From contig PMLV01000229.1 in NCBI GenBank assembly GCA_003160635.1, positions 3,214 to 67,213 on the forward strand: a stretch of DNA of 64,000 bases. Reading direction: 5' to 3'. The number at the start of each line of letters is the position of its first letter. Within the stretch, counting starts at the first letter, position 1. This document shows positions 51,981-61,164 of the stretch, piece by piece. The notes under the pieces are model-generated. The model did not search any database, was not told the DNA's origin, and worked only from the letters and a program-made list of their open reading frames with translations. Source of the stretch: Acidimicrobiaceae bacterium (GTDB lineage: Bacteria > Actinomycetota > Acidimicrobiia > Acidimicrobiales > RAAP-2). Made by a program: the position numbers and the translations under genes.

Positions 51981-54097
51981 GCACCCGCCGCCTTTCTCGA
52001 TCGCACGGGAGAAGGCGCCGGGCCCTTGACGGCAGGCCGGTCCTCGGAGAGCTGCAACGGGATCCCGACCTGCACGTACGGCCCGGCGGCCGGGTGGCGC
52101 ACCGTGATCAACAAGTCCCGGCTCTGTACCTCCTTGTCGTCGAGCACTGCATTGGGGTGGACGCTGACGGCGACCGGCACCCTCCGAGAATGCAGACGCG
52201 AGCAGGCGGCATCCACCGTCAATGACTCGATCGCCGAGGAGAGCGCGGGCACCGAGAGTTCGGTGAGCTCCAGCGCGTCGAGGAGTGCGCCCCGTTGAAC
52301 GTCGGTGACGGCACACACCACGATCCACCCGTCGGCGGCTTCGTAGAGTCGGCACGCGGGCGTCGGACCCTTGAGATCCTCTCCCACGTCGTCATGACGC
52401 TCGCCATGGAGGGCGAGTTGGGCGATGTGTTCGGATTGAAAGACGGTCGCCGTCATCATGAGGGAGGCCTCAACCGTCGAGACAAGGGTTCCTCTCATGC
52501 GGACCAGCAGCGCGAGAACGATACCGGCCGCCAGGTGGAGCCCGGTTCCGTAGTCGTTGGCCGTGAAGTTGACCGGTTGGGGATGCCCCCCGCCCTGGGT
52601 CATCTCCATCCCGGTCGCCGCCTGGACGACGTAGTCGAAGGATGGCCGGGAGGCCATGGGGCCGTGCAGGCCGAACCCTTTGGCCCGGGCGTAGACCAGG
52701 GTGGGGTTGACGGCGCGCAGGCTCGCTTCGTCGAGCCCCAGGTGCTCCCACGTGCCCGCCACGGCGTTCTCGACAACCACATCTGCCGCCCCGACCAGGT
52801 CGAACAGGCGCCCTCGATCCTCGTCGCAGCGAACATCAAGGGTCAGGCCCCGCTTCGATCGATTGGCGTCCATGTAGATATTGGGGAGGACGGGCATGAG
52901 CTGGTACGCACCCTCGCCCCCGGGAGGTTCGACCTTGACGACGTCCGCACCGAGCTCCGCCAGGTAGCGCGCCGCCAGGGGGCCCGCCCAGAAGCTCGAC
53001 ATGTCGACCACCCGGTGGCCGGCCAACGCGCCGTTCACCCCACCATGTCGCGGGCGGACTCTTCCGGGCTTGCCGGTGCGGATCCGCAGCGGCGGACCGG
53101 CGAGGCCACCCGGGGAGAGCACGTCGTTGGCCTGCACCTGTGCGTGAGCCAACCACTCTTCGAGCGTGCTGCACTTTGCGACGGCGGCCGGCGCGAGCAG
53201 AAGAGCCGCCTCCCACTCATCGGCCGTCCGCCCGGCAAAGCGACGGCCCAGTTCCTCCCGCATCCCGTCACACCAGGCGCGGTCACTCAGCTTGGCCAGG
53301 GAGGCCGGATCCGAGAAGTCGAGTCCACCGTCATCCTCGAGCTCGATCAGACGGGCCAGCTCACGCCACCGCTCGGTGCCGCTGAGATTGACCTGCATGC
53401 CCCGGCCGTCGCGTGTCGCATACGTGTGCAGGATCGGCGAGCGGGTTTGCCGAAAGACCCGGGGGCGGTGTCCGGGTCGGTGAAAGACCGGGCCGGCGTT
53501 CAGGTAGAGGAGGGCTTCGAACAACGACGTCTCGACGTGTTGGCCGTAGCCGGTGGACTCCCGCTTCACCAGGGCGGCACCGATGCCGATGACGGCCAAC
53601 AACGCCGCGGCCACGCTGGCCATCGGGAACGGCAACCAGATCGGCTCAGCCCCGGTGAAGATGCCCTGCTGCGCACCGGCCCGGGCGTGCACCAGCGGCT
53701 CCCAGCCCGGGTCGTCGCGCGAGGGCCCGGAACGTCCGTAGGCAGAAATTGAGCACGTCACGAGGCCCGGGTGCCGGGTGCGCAACGCGTCGGTCGAGAT
53801 CCCGAGGCGTTCCATCGCCCCCGGACGGAGATTCTCGACCACGACATCGGCGCCATCGATGACGTCGAGCGCCTCGGCGCGGCCCTCGGTCGAGGCGAGG
53901 TCGAGCTCAACGGATCTCTTGCCACGGTTCCACGCGGCAAAGCGTGCCGGCTCCCGACGGTAGGGATCGCCGCCCGGCCGCTCGATCTTGAGCACATCCG
54001 CACCCTGATCGGCGAAGAGCGTGGCGGCATAGGGTGCCGCGACGTACTGACCGATCTCGATGACCCGCAAGCCGTCAAGGGGTGCCTCAGGAGCCAT
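51977..54097 (-). CDS. fused tandem family III (CaiB/BaiF) CoA-transferase
   Basis: Two complete modules. Module 1: LDGLRVIEIGQYVAAPYAATLFADQGADVLKIERPGGDP. Module 2: LAGHRVVDMSSFWAGPLAARYLAELGADVVKVEPPGGE. ATG 54097 overlaps the upstream ACAD by 11 nt. 706 aa. Confidence 0.8.
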   Translation of the reverse strand: MAPEAPLDGLRVIEIGQYVAAPYAATLFADQGADVLKIERPGGDPYRREPARFAAWNRGKRSVELDLASTEGRAEALDVIDGADVVVENLRPGAMERLGISTDALRTRHPGLVTCSISAYGRSGPSRDDPGWEPLVHARAGAQQGIFTGAEPIWLPFPMASVAAALLAVIGIGAALVKRESTGYGQHVETSLFEALLYLNAGPVFHRPGHRPRVFRQTRSPILHTYATRDGRGMQVNLSGTERWRELARLIELEDDGGLDFSDPASLAKLSDRAWCDGMREELGRRFAGRTADEWEAALLLAPAAVAKCSTLEEWLAHAQVQANDVLSPGGLAGPPLRIRTGKPGRVRPRHGGVNGALAGHRVVDMSSFWAGPLAARYLAELGADVVKVEPPGGEGAYQLMPVLPNIYMDANRSKRGLTLDVRCDEDRGRLFDLVGAADVVVENAVAGTWEHLGLDEASLRAVNPTLVYARAKGFGLHGPMASRPSFDYVVQAATGMEMTQGGGHPQPVNFTANDYGTGLHLAAGIVLALLVRMRGTLVSTVEASLMMTATVFQSEHIAQLALHGERHDDVGEDLKGPTPACRLYEAADGWIVVCAVTDVQRGALLDALELTELSVPALSSAIESLTVDAACSRLHSRRVPVAVSVHPNAVLDDKEVQSRDLLITVRHPAAGPYVQVGIPLQLSEDRPAVKGPAPSPVRSRKAAGA

Positions 54098-55298
54098 GGC
54101 GTCTCGCGTCTGACGCGACCGGGGCGATGATGTCCCCCTCCTCCTCGCGCGGCAGGCCGAGCACCTGTTCCGCGATGACGTTCCGCACGATCTCGTTGGT
54201 CCCGCCACCGATCGATGCCGACTGCGCGCTCAGCAGCTGGGCACACCAGCGTCCTCCCTGGATGTCGGACGAATCCCATGCCGCCGCACCCATGCCCGCG
54301 AGGCCCACCGCGACGTCCGCCGTGTCCTGGACGAGGCGCGCCATGGCCAGCTTGAGCAGGGAGGCCTCGCCCCCCATGCTCGTGCCGCTCCGGCGCTTGG
54401 CCGCCTCGAACTCGGCCAGGTACCGCAGGACCATTTGACGAATACGCAGGTCGGCGAGCTGTTGCCGCACCCCGGGGTGCGCAGTGAGATGGCGCGCCTG
54501 CGCCAATGCGACGAGGGCGTTGAATCCACCTTTCCCGCCGCCGCCCGATCCCATGCCACTGAGCGCCTGCCGTTCGAAGGCGAGCATGGTGCGCGCCACC
54601 CGCCATCCGCCATTGGTGTCGCCCACCGCGTTCTCGACGGGAACGCGTACCCCGTCCAAGAAGACCTCGTTGAAGTGTGCGTCTCCGGTCATCTGTCGAA
54701 GCGGGCGCACCGAGATCCCGGCTGTCCTCATGTCGACGATGAGCATCGTGATGCCCTGACGCTTGGGTCGGTCAGGGTCGGTGCGCGCCAGACAGGCGGC
54801 GAAATCGCTGTGCTGTGCGCCGGACGTCCACACCTTCTGTCCGTCGAGGACCCACGTGTCGCCGTCGCGCACGGCACGGGTCTGCACGCCGGCGAGGTCA
54901 GAGCCGGCCCCGGGCTCACTGAAGAGCTCGCACCAGACGTGCTCGCCGCGCAGGAGTGGTGGGATGAATGCGTGCTTCTGTTCCTCGCTGCCATGAGCGA
55001 GGATCGTCGGTCCGCACATGCCCAGACCGATCTCGAGGGAGCGGGGTGGAAGCTGGAACCCACGTGCTGCGGTGTCGAAAATCCGTTGGAAGAAACCGGG
55101 AAGTCCTCGACCGCCATACTGAATGGGCCACGTGATACCGGCAAACCCGGCCTCGGCGAGGCATGCTTGATATGCCCTGGCCCGCGTCACCCCATTGGAG
55201 GTCGAGTCCGTCCGGACCCCCTTCTTGGGCAACGTCGCCTCGAGAAAAGCAAGGGCATCGGCGCGAAATTGGTCCTCCTCCACGTCGCCGGGTGCCAT
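54087..55298 (-). CDS. acyl-CoA dehydrogenase
   Basis: LFSEPGAGSDLAG, DGQKVWTSGA and C-terminal GGGTNEIVRNVIAE. 403 aa. Confidence 0.85.
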   Translation of the reverse strand: MAPGDVEEDQFRADALAFLEATLPKKGVRTDSTSNGVTRARAYQACLAEAGFAGITWPIQYGGRGLPGFFQRIFDTAARGFQLPPRSLEIGLGMCGPTILAHGSEEQKHAFIPPLLRGEHVWCELFSEPGAGSDLAGVQTRAVRDGDTWVLDGQKVWTSGAQHSDFAACLARTDPDRPKRQGITMLIVDMRTAGISVRPLRQMTGDAHFNEVFLDGVRVPVENAVGDTNGGWRVARTMLAFERQALSGMGSGGGGKGGFNALVALAQARHLTAHPGVRQQLADLRIRQMVLRYLAEFEAAKRRSGTSMGGEASLLKLAMARLVQDTADVAVGLAGMGAAAWDSSDIQGGRWCAQLLSAQSASIGGGTNEIVRNVIAEQVLGLPREEEGDIIAPVASDARRHGS

Positions 55299-55324
55299 CT
55301 GTCAGCTCCCGCCGATCGAAGATG

Positions 55325-56011
55325 TCACGCCGACTCCATGACGTCAGGTGGAGACTCGCCGAGCGCCAACAACCCGCCGAGCGCCATGTCCTTCATCACC
55401 CGGGCCAGACGCTCGGGTTCGATGCTGGTGTGCCACGACGACACCGAGCGCAGCAACCCGTCGATCATCATGACGGCAGCTCGAGCCTCCTCGTCGGTGA
55501 GAGCGGGTCGAACCTCGCAGAGCAGGTTGACCCATTCGGCCATCGTCACCCGGTCGATGCGCGCCACCCGCCGTCGATCAGCGTCGTCGAGCAGGCGGAA
55601 CTCCTGCTGGTACACCGCACGCAGGTTGCCGTTCGCCAGTTGCAACGTCACGGCGGCGTCGATCAGGCATTCGAGGGTCACGAGGGGTGGCGTGTCCTGG
55701 ATGAGGACGTCGTCGACGGTCTCACGCCACGTGATGGCCGCCTCTTCGACCAACACCGAGAGGAGCTCGTGCTTGTTCTTGAAGTAGCGATAGATGGCGG
55801 GACCGCTGACCCCCGCCACCGCTCCGATGTCGTCGAGGCTGGTGGCCCGAAAGCCGCGCTCGCGGAAGAGGTCGGCGGCCGCGGCCATGATTTCAGCCCT
55901 TCGCCGCACGCCTTTCTTGGTCTTGGCGGGGCCGACGGCGAGCTCGTCGATCGGGACCGTCTCGATGTCGACCACCCTCGCCTCCCCCTGCGCGTCGCCG
56001 GTGCCCGGCAT
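55325..56011 (-). CDS. TetR/AcrR family transcriptional regulator
   Basis: HTH RRRAEIMAAAADLFRERGFRATSLDDIGAVAGVSGPAIYRYFKNKHEL. It heads the 56011->47153 minus-strand operon. Confidence 0.85.
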   Translation of the reverse strand: MPGTGDAQGEARVVDIETVPIDELAVGPAKTKKGVRRRAEIMAAAADLFRERGFRATSLDDIGAVAGVSGPAIYRYFKNKHELLSVLVEEAAITWRETVDDVLIQDTPPLVTLECLIDAAVTLQLANGNLRAVYQQEFRLLDDADRRRVARIDRVTMAEWVNLLCEVRPALTDEEARAAVMMIDGLLRSVSSWHTSIEPERLARVMKDMALGGLLALGESPPDVMESA

Positions 56012-56087
56012 CCTTCCTCGCCGACGGCACCCCGCTCTGTCTCCGCCGAAAAGTTATCACTGAGTAACGATTATGGAAACAATCCCG

Positions 56088-56116
56088 TTGACGCCCCGAT
56101 GAGATACGCCTATTAT
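56088..56116 (+). promoter_or_regulatory. near-consensus sigma70/SigA-type promoter TTGACG-N17-TATTAT for the LLM/ADC-like operon
   Basis: Read directly in the AT-rich 141-bp divergent intergenic region. An imperfect palindrome GTTATCAcTGAGTAAC (56053..56068), a possible TetR operator, lies just upstream. RBS AAGGGGG and GTG 56153 lie downstream. Confidence 0.45.
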
Positions 56117-56152
56117 TTTAATCTGAACTAACAAATCTACAAGGGGGCATGC

Positions 56153-57265
56153 GTGGAATTCGGCATATTCATGGAGCTGTCGGTCCCCCGCCCGTGGACA
56201 CCCGAATCCGAGAGGCAGGTCTATGCCAACGCCCTCGAGCAGGTGCGATTGGCCGACGAATTGGGCTTCGACTACGTGTGGGCGGTCGAGCACCACTTCT
56301 TGGAGGAGTACTCACACTGCTCCGCGCCGGACCTCTTTCTCACCGCCTGCGCCATGCAGACCTCGCGCATCCGGATCGGGCACGGAGTCGTGCCCTGCGT
56401 TCCCCAATACCAGAGCCCCATCCGCGTGGCCGAGCGTGCCGCGGTCCTCGACATCCTCTCGGGTGGTCGACTCGAGTTGGGCACGGGACGGTCCGCCACC
56501 TGGACCGAGCTGGGGGGATTCCGGGCCGATCCTGACGAGACGAAGAAGACGTGGGACGAATACGTCCGGGTGATACCCAAGATGTGGATGCAGGAACGGT
56601 TCAGTTGGGAAGGGCGGGCCTTCTCCATGCCCGAGCGGGCCGTGCTGCCCAAGCCGATCCAGAAACCTCACCCCCCGATGTGGGTGGCAGTGACCTCCCC
56701 CGGCACGGAGATCGACGCCGCCGATCGCGGCCTGGGCTGCCTAGGTCTGCAGCCGGGCGGGTTCTCGGAGTCCGAAAAGAAGGTGAACTCCTACCGTTCA
56801 CGCATCGAGAACTGCGATCCGGTGGGCGCGTTCGTGAACAACAAGGTGCACACCGTCAATTTCCTCTCTTGCGCCGAGGATGGCGACCACGCGCGCCGTT
56901 GCGGCCTCAAGGTGGCGAGCATGTTCAGCTACATGGCATCTCAGCTGCTGTCCGCCAAGGAAGTGCTGCCGACGCACTCTTATCCCTCGGCCGGCCTGTT
57001 GCCGGCGCTGCGGCGGGAATCGGGCAGCCCGGGCGACGCGGCCAAGTCATTCAAGGGAGTGACGATGGGAACTCCCGATGACGTCGCATCTGCCATCCGT
57101 CAATGGGAAGCCGTCGGGTTCGACGGTATCAACTTCATCCACCAGTTCATGGAGGTGGTCCCGCAGCAGTACGTGCTCGACAGCATGCGCTTGTTCGCGG
57201 AGGAAGTCATGCCGCAGTTCAAGGTCGCCCCGAAGAACCAGCCACTCGTCGCGGGGGTGCGCTGA
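56153..57265 (+). CDS. LLM class flavin/F420-dependent oxidoreductase (luciferase-like monooxygenase)
   Basis: MEFGIFMEL..GFDYVWAVEHHF..GGRLELGTGRS. 370 aa. Confidence 0.8.
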   Translation: MEFGIFMELSVPRPWTPESERQVYANALEQVRLADELGFDYVWAVEHHFLEEYSHCSAPDLFLTACAMQTSRIRIGHGVVPCVPQYQSPIRVAERAAVLDILSGGRLELGTGRSATWTELGGFRADPDETKKTWDEYVRVIPKMWMQERFSWEGRAFSMPERAVLPKPIQKPHPPMWVAVTSPGTEIDAADRGLGCLGLQPGGFSESEKKVNSYRSRIENCDPVGAFVNNKVHTVNFLSCAEDGDHARRCGLKVASMFSYMASQLLSAKEVLPTHSYPSAGLLPALRRESGSPGDAAKSFKGVTMGTPDDVASAIRQWEAVGFDGINFIHQFMEVVPQQYVLDSMRLFAEEVMPQFKVAPKNQPLVAGVR

Positions 57266-58023
57266 TGCCACTGGCCGGATCGCTCGACATCCGCTCTCTT
57301 CTCCAAGACGCTCCCACCATGACGTTGAGCGACCGGGAACTGCATCTCGACGACGTCGACATTTTGCAGGTCCTCTACGAGATCGGGTTCACCGACCTCG
57401 AGTCGCTCATCCCGCCCGCGCTGAATCCGACCATCCCGCCCGTCGTCACCTTCCTGGCCTACCGGGCGCGTGAAAGCGTGTTCGGGCCATTCTCCCTGGT
57501 CCAGCTGCGCGTGAGCGCCCGGGCGGGCGTCCGGCCGCGAGCCTTCTTGGTCTCCGCCTTCTGTGACAATCCAGCTCTGGCCGAGGTGCTTTCGACGTCG
57601 TGGGGCTACCGGATCCACCCGGGCGCCATGCAACTCCGGCGATTCCACGACCGCGTCGAGTGCAGCGTGGTCGTGGACCGGCGCCCGATCCTCGAGGTCG
57701 CGCTGGTCGACCCCCAGCCGATCACGGGGCACGATGTCCAGTACCCGCCAGGGATGCACTTGGCGCGCGTCGAGGATGCACACGGCGCCCGGCCGCGTCT
57801 GGTCCAGGTCGACACGGAGTACGAGTTCCGCCGGGCTGACCGCGGTCGCCCGGAATTGCGGACATTCGACCCTGCGGCATGGGGGAACGGACGACTCGTG
57901 CCCACTGAGCCCATCTCCGCCAGCTTTGCGGCCTGCACCGTCGACATCGCGGCCGTGCGCTACGTGTGCAATCCCGACATCCCGGCGTCAGAGGGGACGG
58001 AGAAGGTCGGCTCCTCGTCGTAG
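57265..58023 (+). CDS. acetoacetate decarboxylase (ADC)-like beta-cone family protein, tentative
   Basis: ATG 57265 shares one nt with the upstream TGA (TGATG). About 252 aa. The pattern ..LIPPALNP..GPFSLVQLRV..WGYRIHPGAMQL.. resembles ADC-family proteins, but RIH sits where I expect the G(F/Y)PK Schiff-base lysine. Confidence 0.4.
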   Translation: MPLAGSLDIRSLLQDAPTMTLSDRELHLDDVDILQVLYEIGFTDLESLIPPALNPTIPPVVTFLAYRARESVFGPFSLVQLRVSARAGVRPRAFLVSAFCDNPALAEVLSTSWGYRIHPGAMQLRRFHDRVECSVVVDRRPILEVALVDPQPITGHDVQYPPGMHLARVEDAHGARPRLVQVDTEYEFRRADRGRPELRTFDPAAWGNGRLVPTEPISASFAACTVDIAAVRYVCNPDIPASEGTEKVGSSS

Positions 58024-58044
58024 TCCCGGGCGGGAATTGTCCGC

Positions 58045-59634
58045 TCAGAGGTTCCGGCCCGTCTCGACCCAGTATTCGTCGCGCAACGTACGTTTGGAGA
58101 GCTTCCCCCCGTCGGTCCGCGGAAGGTGCTCCCTGAAGTCAACCGACCGCGGGCGCTTGTACGAGGCCAGGCGCGCCGCGCACCAGGCCGACAACTCTTC
58201 GGCCAGTTCGGGAGTGGGGCGCACGCCGCCGTTGAGCTCGACCACTGCCTTGACCTGCTCGCCCCACTCCGGGTCGGGCACCCCGATGACCGCCACGTCC
58301 GCCACGTGGGGGTGCGCCGTCAGCACGCCTTCGATCTCGGCCGGATAGATGTTGACTCCTCCACTGATGATGAGGTCCTTGGCCCGGTCACAGACGAAGA
58401 GGTACCCGTCGTCGTCGAGGTAGCCCATATCGCCGATGGTGAAGGCGCTGCCGCGGTGCACCGAACGGGTCAGGTCGGGCTCCCCCTTGTATTCGAAGCC
58501 TGATCCCTTCGAGTCGAGATAGATGTGACCGACCGCGCCCGCCGGCAGTTCCGTCCCGTCGTCGTCAAGTATGCGCAGGGTGACGCCACGAATGGCGCGA
58601 CCGACCGTTCCGGGCTTCTCCAGCCATCGATGCGGTTTGGCAATGGTCGCGGCGCCCTCGATACCTCCATAGGTCTCCCATATGACGGGGCCCCACCACT
58701 CCAGCATGCGCTTCTTGATCTCGAACGGGCACGGCGCCGCGGAATGCACCACGGTTTCCAGGCTCGAATGGTCGTAACGATCCCGGATTTGGGGAGGTAG
58801 TCGCAACATGCGGACGAATTGCGTCGGCACCATGTACGCCGTGGACACTCGATGTTCCTCGATCAGCGCCAGGGCTCGCTCGGCGTCGAACCGCTCCATG
58901 ATGACCAGGCCCTGGCCGACATTGATCGCTCCTTGGTAGAAGCCTTGACAGCCACCATGGTGCATCCCGGCCGACACAAGATGCGCGCCCACGAGCGGGC
59001 GGAAGCGGAACGCCTGGCCGAATCTCTTCAGCGAATCGGCGGCGTCCCAAGGATCGACGTCGGGAAGTCGACGATGGACCGCCTTGGGCCGGCCCGTCGT
59101 GCCGGACGAGTAGGAGATGACACCGCCGAGGGACCGGTCCGGCGGTGGGGTCGACTCTTGCCCTTCGGTGATTGCCTCCTGCTGGACGAACCCGTCGGCG
59201 GGGCCCCCGACGACGACCCGGTGGTCGACGGGCAGGGTCGAGACCATCGCCCCGAGGTGCTCGCTGTGGTCACGGTGCACCACGACCATCCGGGCATCGG
59301 CATGGGCGATGATGTCGCCGAGCTCCGGGCCGGTGAGCGCCGTGTTCAACGTGATGTAGCGCAGCCCGCTCTCCTGGGTCGCCAACTGCCACATGACGGT
59401 GTCGAGACCGTTGGGCAAGACCAGCACGATCACATCGCCCCGTTGCAGGCCGCTATGACGCAGGCCGCGGACCAACTGATGGGCCCGCCCCGCTAGTTCG
59501 CCGAAGGTGAGGCGAACGCCGCCCGGCGAGTCGAAAATGGCGACCTGGTCGGGGTGATCCTGGGCGATCCACCAAACGCCGAGTCGCTGCTGCCAGGGAT
59601 TGTCATCGCCCTCCACGGAGATGAGTATACCCAA
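58045..59634 (-). CDS. acyl-CoA synthetase (AMP-forming)
   Basis: YSSGTTGRPKA, GDMGYLDDDGYLFVCDRAKD and C-terminal SYKRPRSVDF..GGKLSK. Confidence 0.85.
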   Translation of the reverse strand: MGILISVEGDDNPWQQRLGVWWIAQDHPDQVAIFDSPGGVRLTFGELAGRAHQLVRGLRHSGLQRGDVIVLVLPNGLDTVMWQLATQESGLRYITLNTALTGPELGDIIAHADARMVVVHRDHSEHLGAMVSTLPVDHRVVVGGPADGFVQQEAITEGQESTPPPDRSLGGVISYSSGTTGRPKAVHRRLPDVDPWDAADSLKRFGQAFRFRPLVGAHLVSAGMHHGGCQGFYQGAINVGQGLVIMERFDAERALALIEEHRVSTAYMVPTQFVRMLRLPPQIRDRYDHSSLETVVHSAAPCPFEIKKRMLEWWGPVIWETYGGIEGAATIAKPHRWLEKPGTVGRAIRGVTLRILDDDGTELPAGAVGHIYLDSKGSGFEYKGEPDLTRSVHRGSAFTIGDMGYLDDDGYLFVCDRAKDLIISGGVNIYPAEIEGVLTAHPHVADVAVIGVPDPEWGEQVKAVVELNGGVRPTPELAEELSAWCAARLASYKRPRSVDFREHLPRTDGGKLSKRTLRDEYWVETGRNL

Positions 59635-59649
59635 TAGGGTCTCTCGCCG

Positions 59650-61098
59650 TCACCGGAGATACTTGGCCAAGACCTCCAAATGGCGCCGCAGGCGATGGCG
59701 GGCCAGTTCGCCGTCGCCTTCGATGATGGCGGCGGCAATGCCCTGGTGCGTGCGAGGAACCTCGTCGGCCACCTTGCGGCGGACGGCGTCGGACAACCGG
59801 TCGATCTGGTGCAGGCGGGTAAGGCGGATGAGCACCAACGCGACGAGTTCGAGGGCCCGGTTGCCGCTCAGTGCGGCGATGACGCCGTGAAGGTCGTTGG
59901 CCGCATCGGCGAATTCGATGTCCGTCGGGTGCTTCTCCCGCTCGAGGGCCTGCGACAACCGCTCCGCGCCTTCCGCATCGATCCGCCGTGCCGCGAGTTC
60001 GATGAGGACGAGTTCAAGGCGCATCCGGAGGTCGGCCAAATCTGCCACCTGCATACCTCGGCGAGCGAGAAACACCGCCACCACATCGGTGACCGCATCG
60101 GCGCTCGGCGCCGTCACGAACATGCCGCCACCCGGGCCGCGTCGCATGGCCGCTATCCGATGATGCTCGAGCAGGCGGACCGCTTCGCGAAACACTGCCC
60201 GGCTCACGCCGTGACGATCGATCAGCTCACCCTCCGAACCCAGCAGGTATCCGACCGGCAGGTCGTCCACGATGACGTTCCGGATGATGGCGCGGGCGAC
60301 ATCTTCGGCCCGCTTGTTGGTCGACGCCCCACCGAGGCTGACCGTGTCGGGCAGTAATTGATGCGACCAGCGGCGACTCCGGAGAAAGTCGGCCTCGGCC
60401 TGGAGATGCTTGCGCATCCGGTGCCGGGCCAATCCCCCATCACCGGCCGTGACCGCCGCCGCGATGCGTGCGTGCGCATGTTGGGAGGCCGACAAGGTCG
60501 TCGGGGCGAAGGCGGAGCGATCGCGAAAGTACAGCAAGGGGACCCGGTTGAGGATGTCGACGAACAACTCGAGAGCCGGGTTGCCCGTGATGGAGGCCAA
60601 CATGGCGTGCAGGGCGCGGTGATCTTTGACCTCGCCGCTGGCCTCGTCCTCCACCAGGGCGCGGAGCTTCGTCACGCCCGCCTCATCGAGACGAAGCGTG
60701 GCCAGCTCTGTCACGATCTCCTCCAGGACGAGGCGCGCCTCGAAGACCTCGTCCAGCGTGGCACCTACCCGGTGCAGGTAGAGCACGGCGGCATCGATGA
60801 TGGCGTCCACCGTCGGCTCCGTCACGACCAGACCACCGCCGGGCCCCCTGCGCATGCGCGCCACCTGCTGATTCTCGACCAACCGGACCGCTTCACGGAA
60901 CACGGCGCGGCTCACGCCGTAGCGCTCTATGAGTTCGGACTCCGAACCCAGGACAGCACCGACCGGCCATCCACGTTCGATGACATCGGTGACGATGTGC
61001 CGCGACACCGTCGTGGCCAATTTGGACCCGGCCCCCTCCGACGGGCGCGGGGAGGCGGCAGATTTGCCGCGCGACCCCAACCTCGAAGGTGCTGTCAT
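59650..61098 (-). CDS. tandem-duplicated GntR/FadR family regulator (2 x [wHTH + FCD] in one polypeptide)
   Basis: 482 aa. Module 1: ..LGSESELIERYGVSRAVFREAVRLVENQQVARMRRGPGGGLVV.. Module 2: ..LGSEGELIDRHGVSRAVFREAVRLLEHHRIAAMRRGPGGGMFV.. Each is followed by a helical FCD-type domain. Confidence 0.8.
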   Translation of the reverse strand: MTAPSRLGSRGKSAASPRPSEGAGSKLATTVSRHIVTDVIERGWPVGAVLGSESELIERYGVSRAVFREAVRLVENQQVARMRRGPGGGLVVTEPTVDAIIDAAVLYLHRVGATLDEVFEARLVLEEIVTELATLRLDEAGVTKLRALVEDEASGEVKDHRALHAMLASITGNPALELFVDILNRVPLLYFRDRSAFAPTTLSASQHAHARIAAAVTAGDGGLARHRMRKHLQAEADFLRSRRWSHQLLPDTVSLGGASTNKRAEDVARAIIRNVIVDDLPVGYLLGSEGELIDRHGVSRAVFREAVRLLEHHRIAAMRRGPGGGMFVTAPSADAVTDVVAVFLARRGMQVADLADLRMRLELVLIELAARRIDAEGAERLSQALEREKHPTDIEFADAANDLHGVIAALSGNRALELVALVLIRLTRLHQIDRLSDAVRRKVADEVPRTHQGIAAAIIEGDGELARHRLRRHLEVLAKYLR

Positions 61099-61164
61099 CA
61101 GTTCAGGGTACCCGAGCGTTCTCCCCGGTGTTCGCCTGTTCGGGATACTCTATTGTTCGCACGC

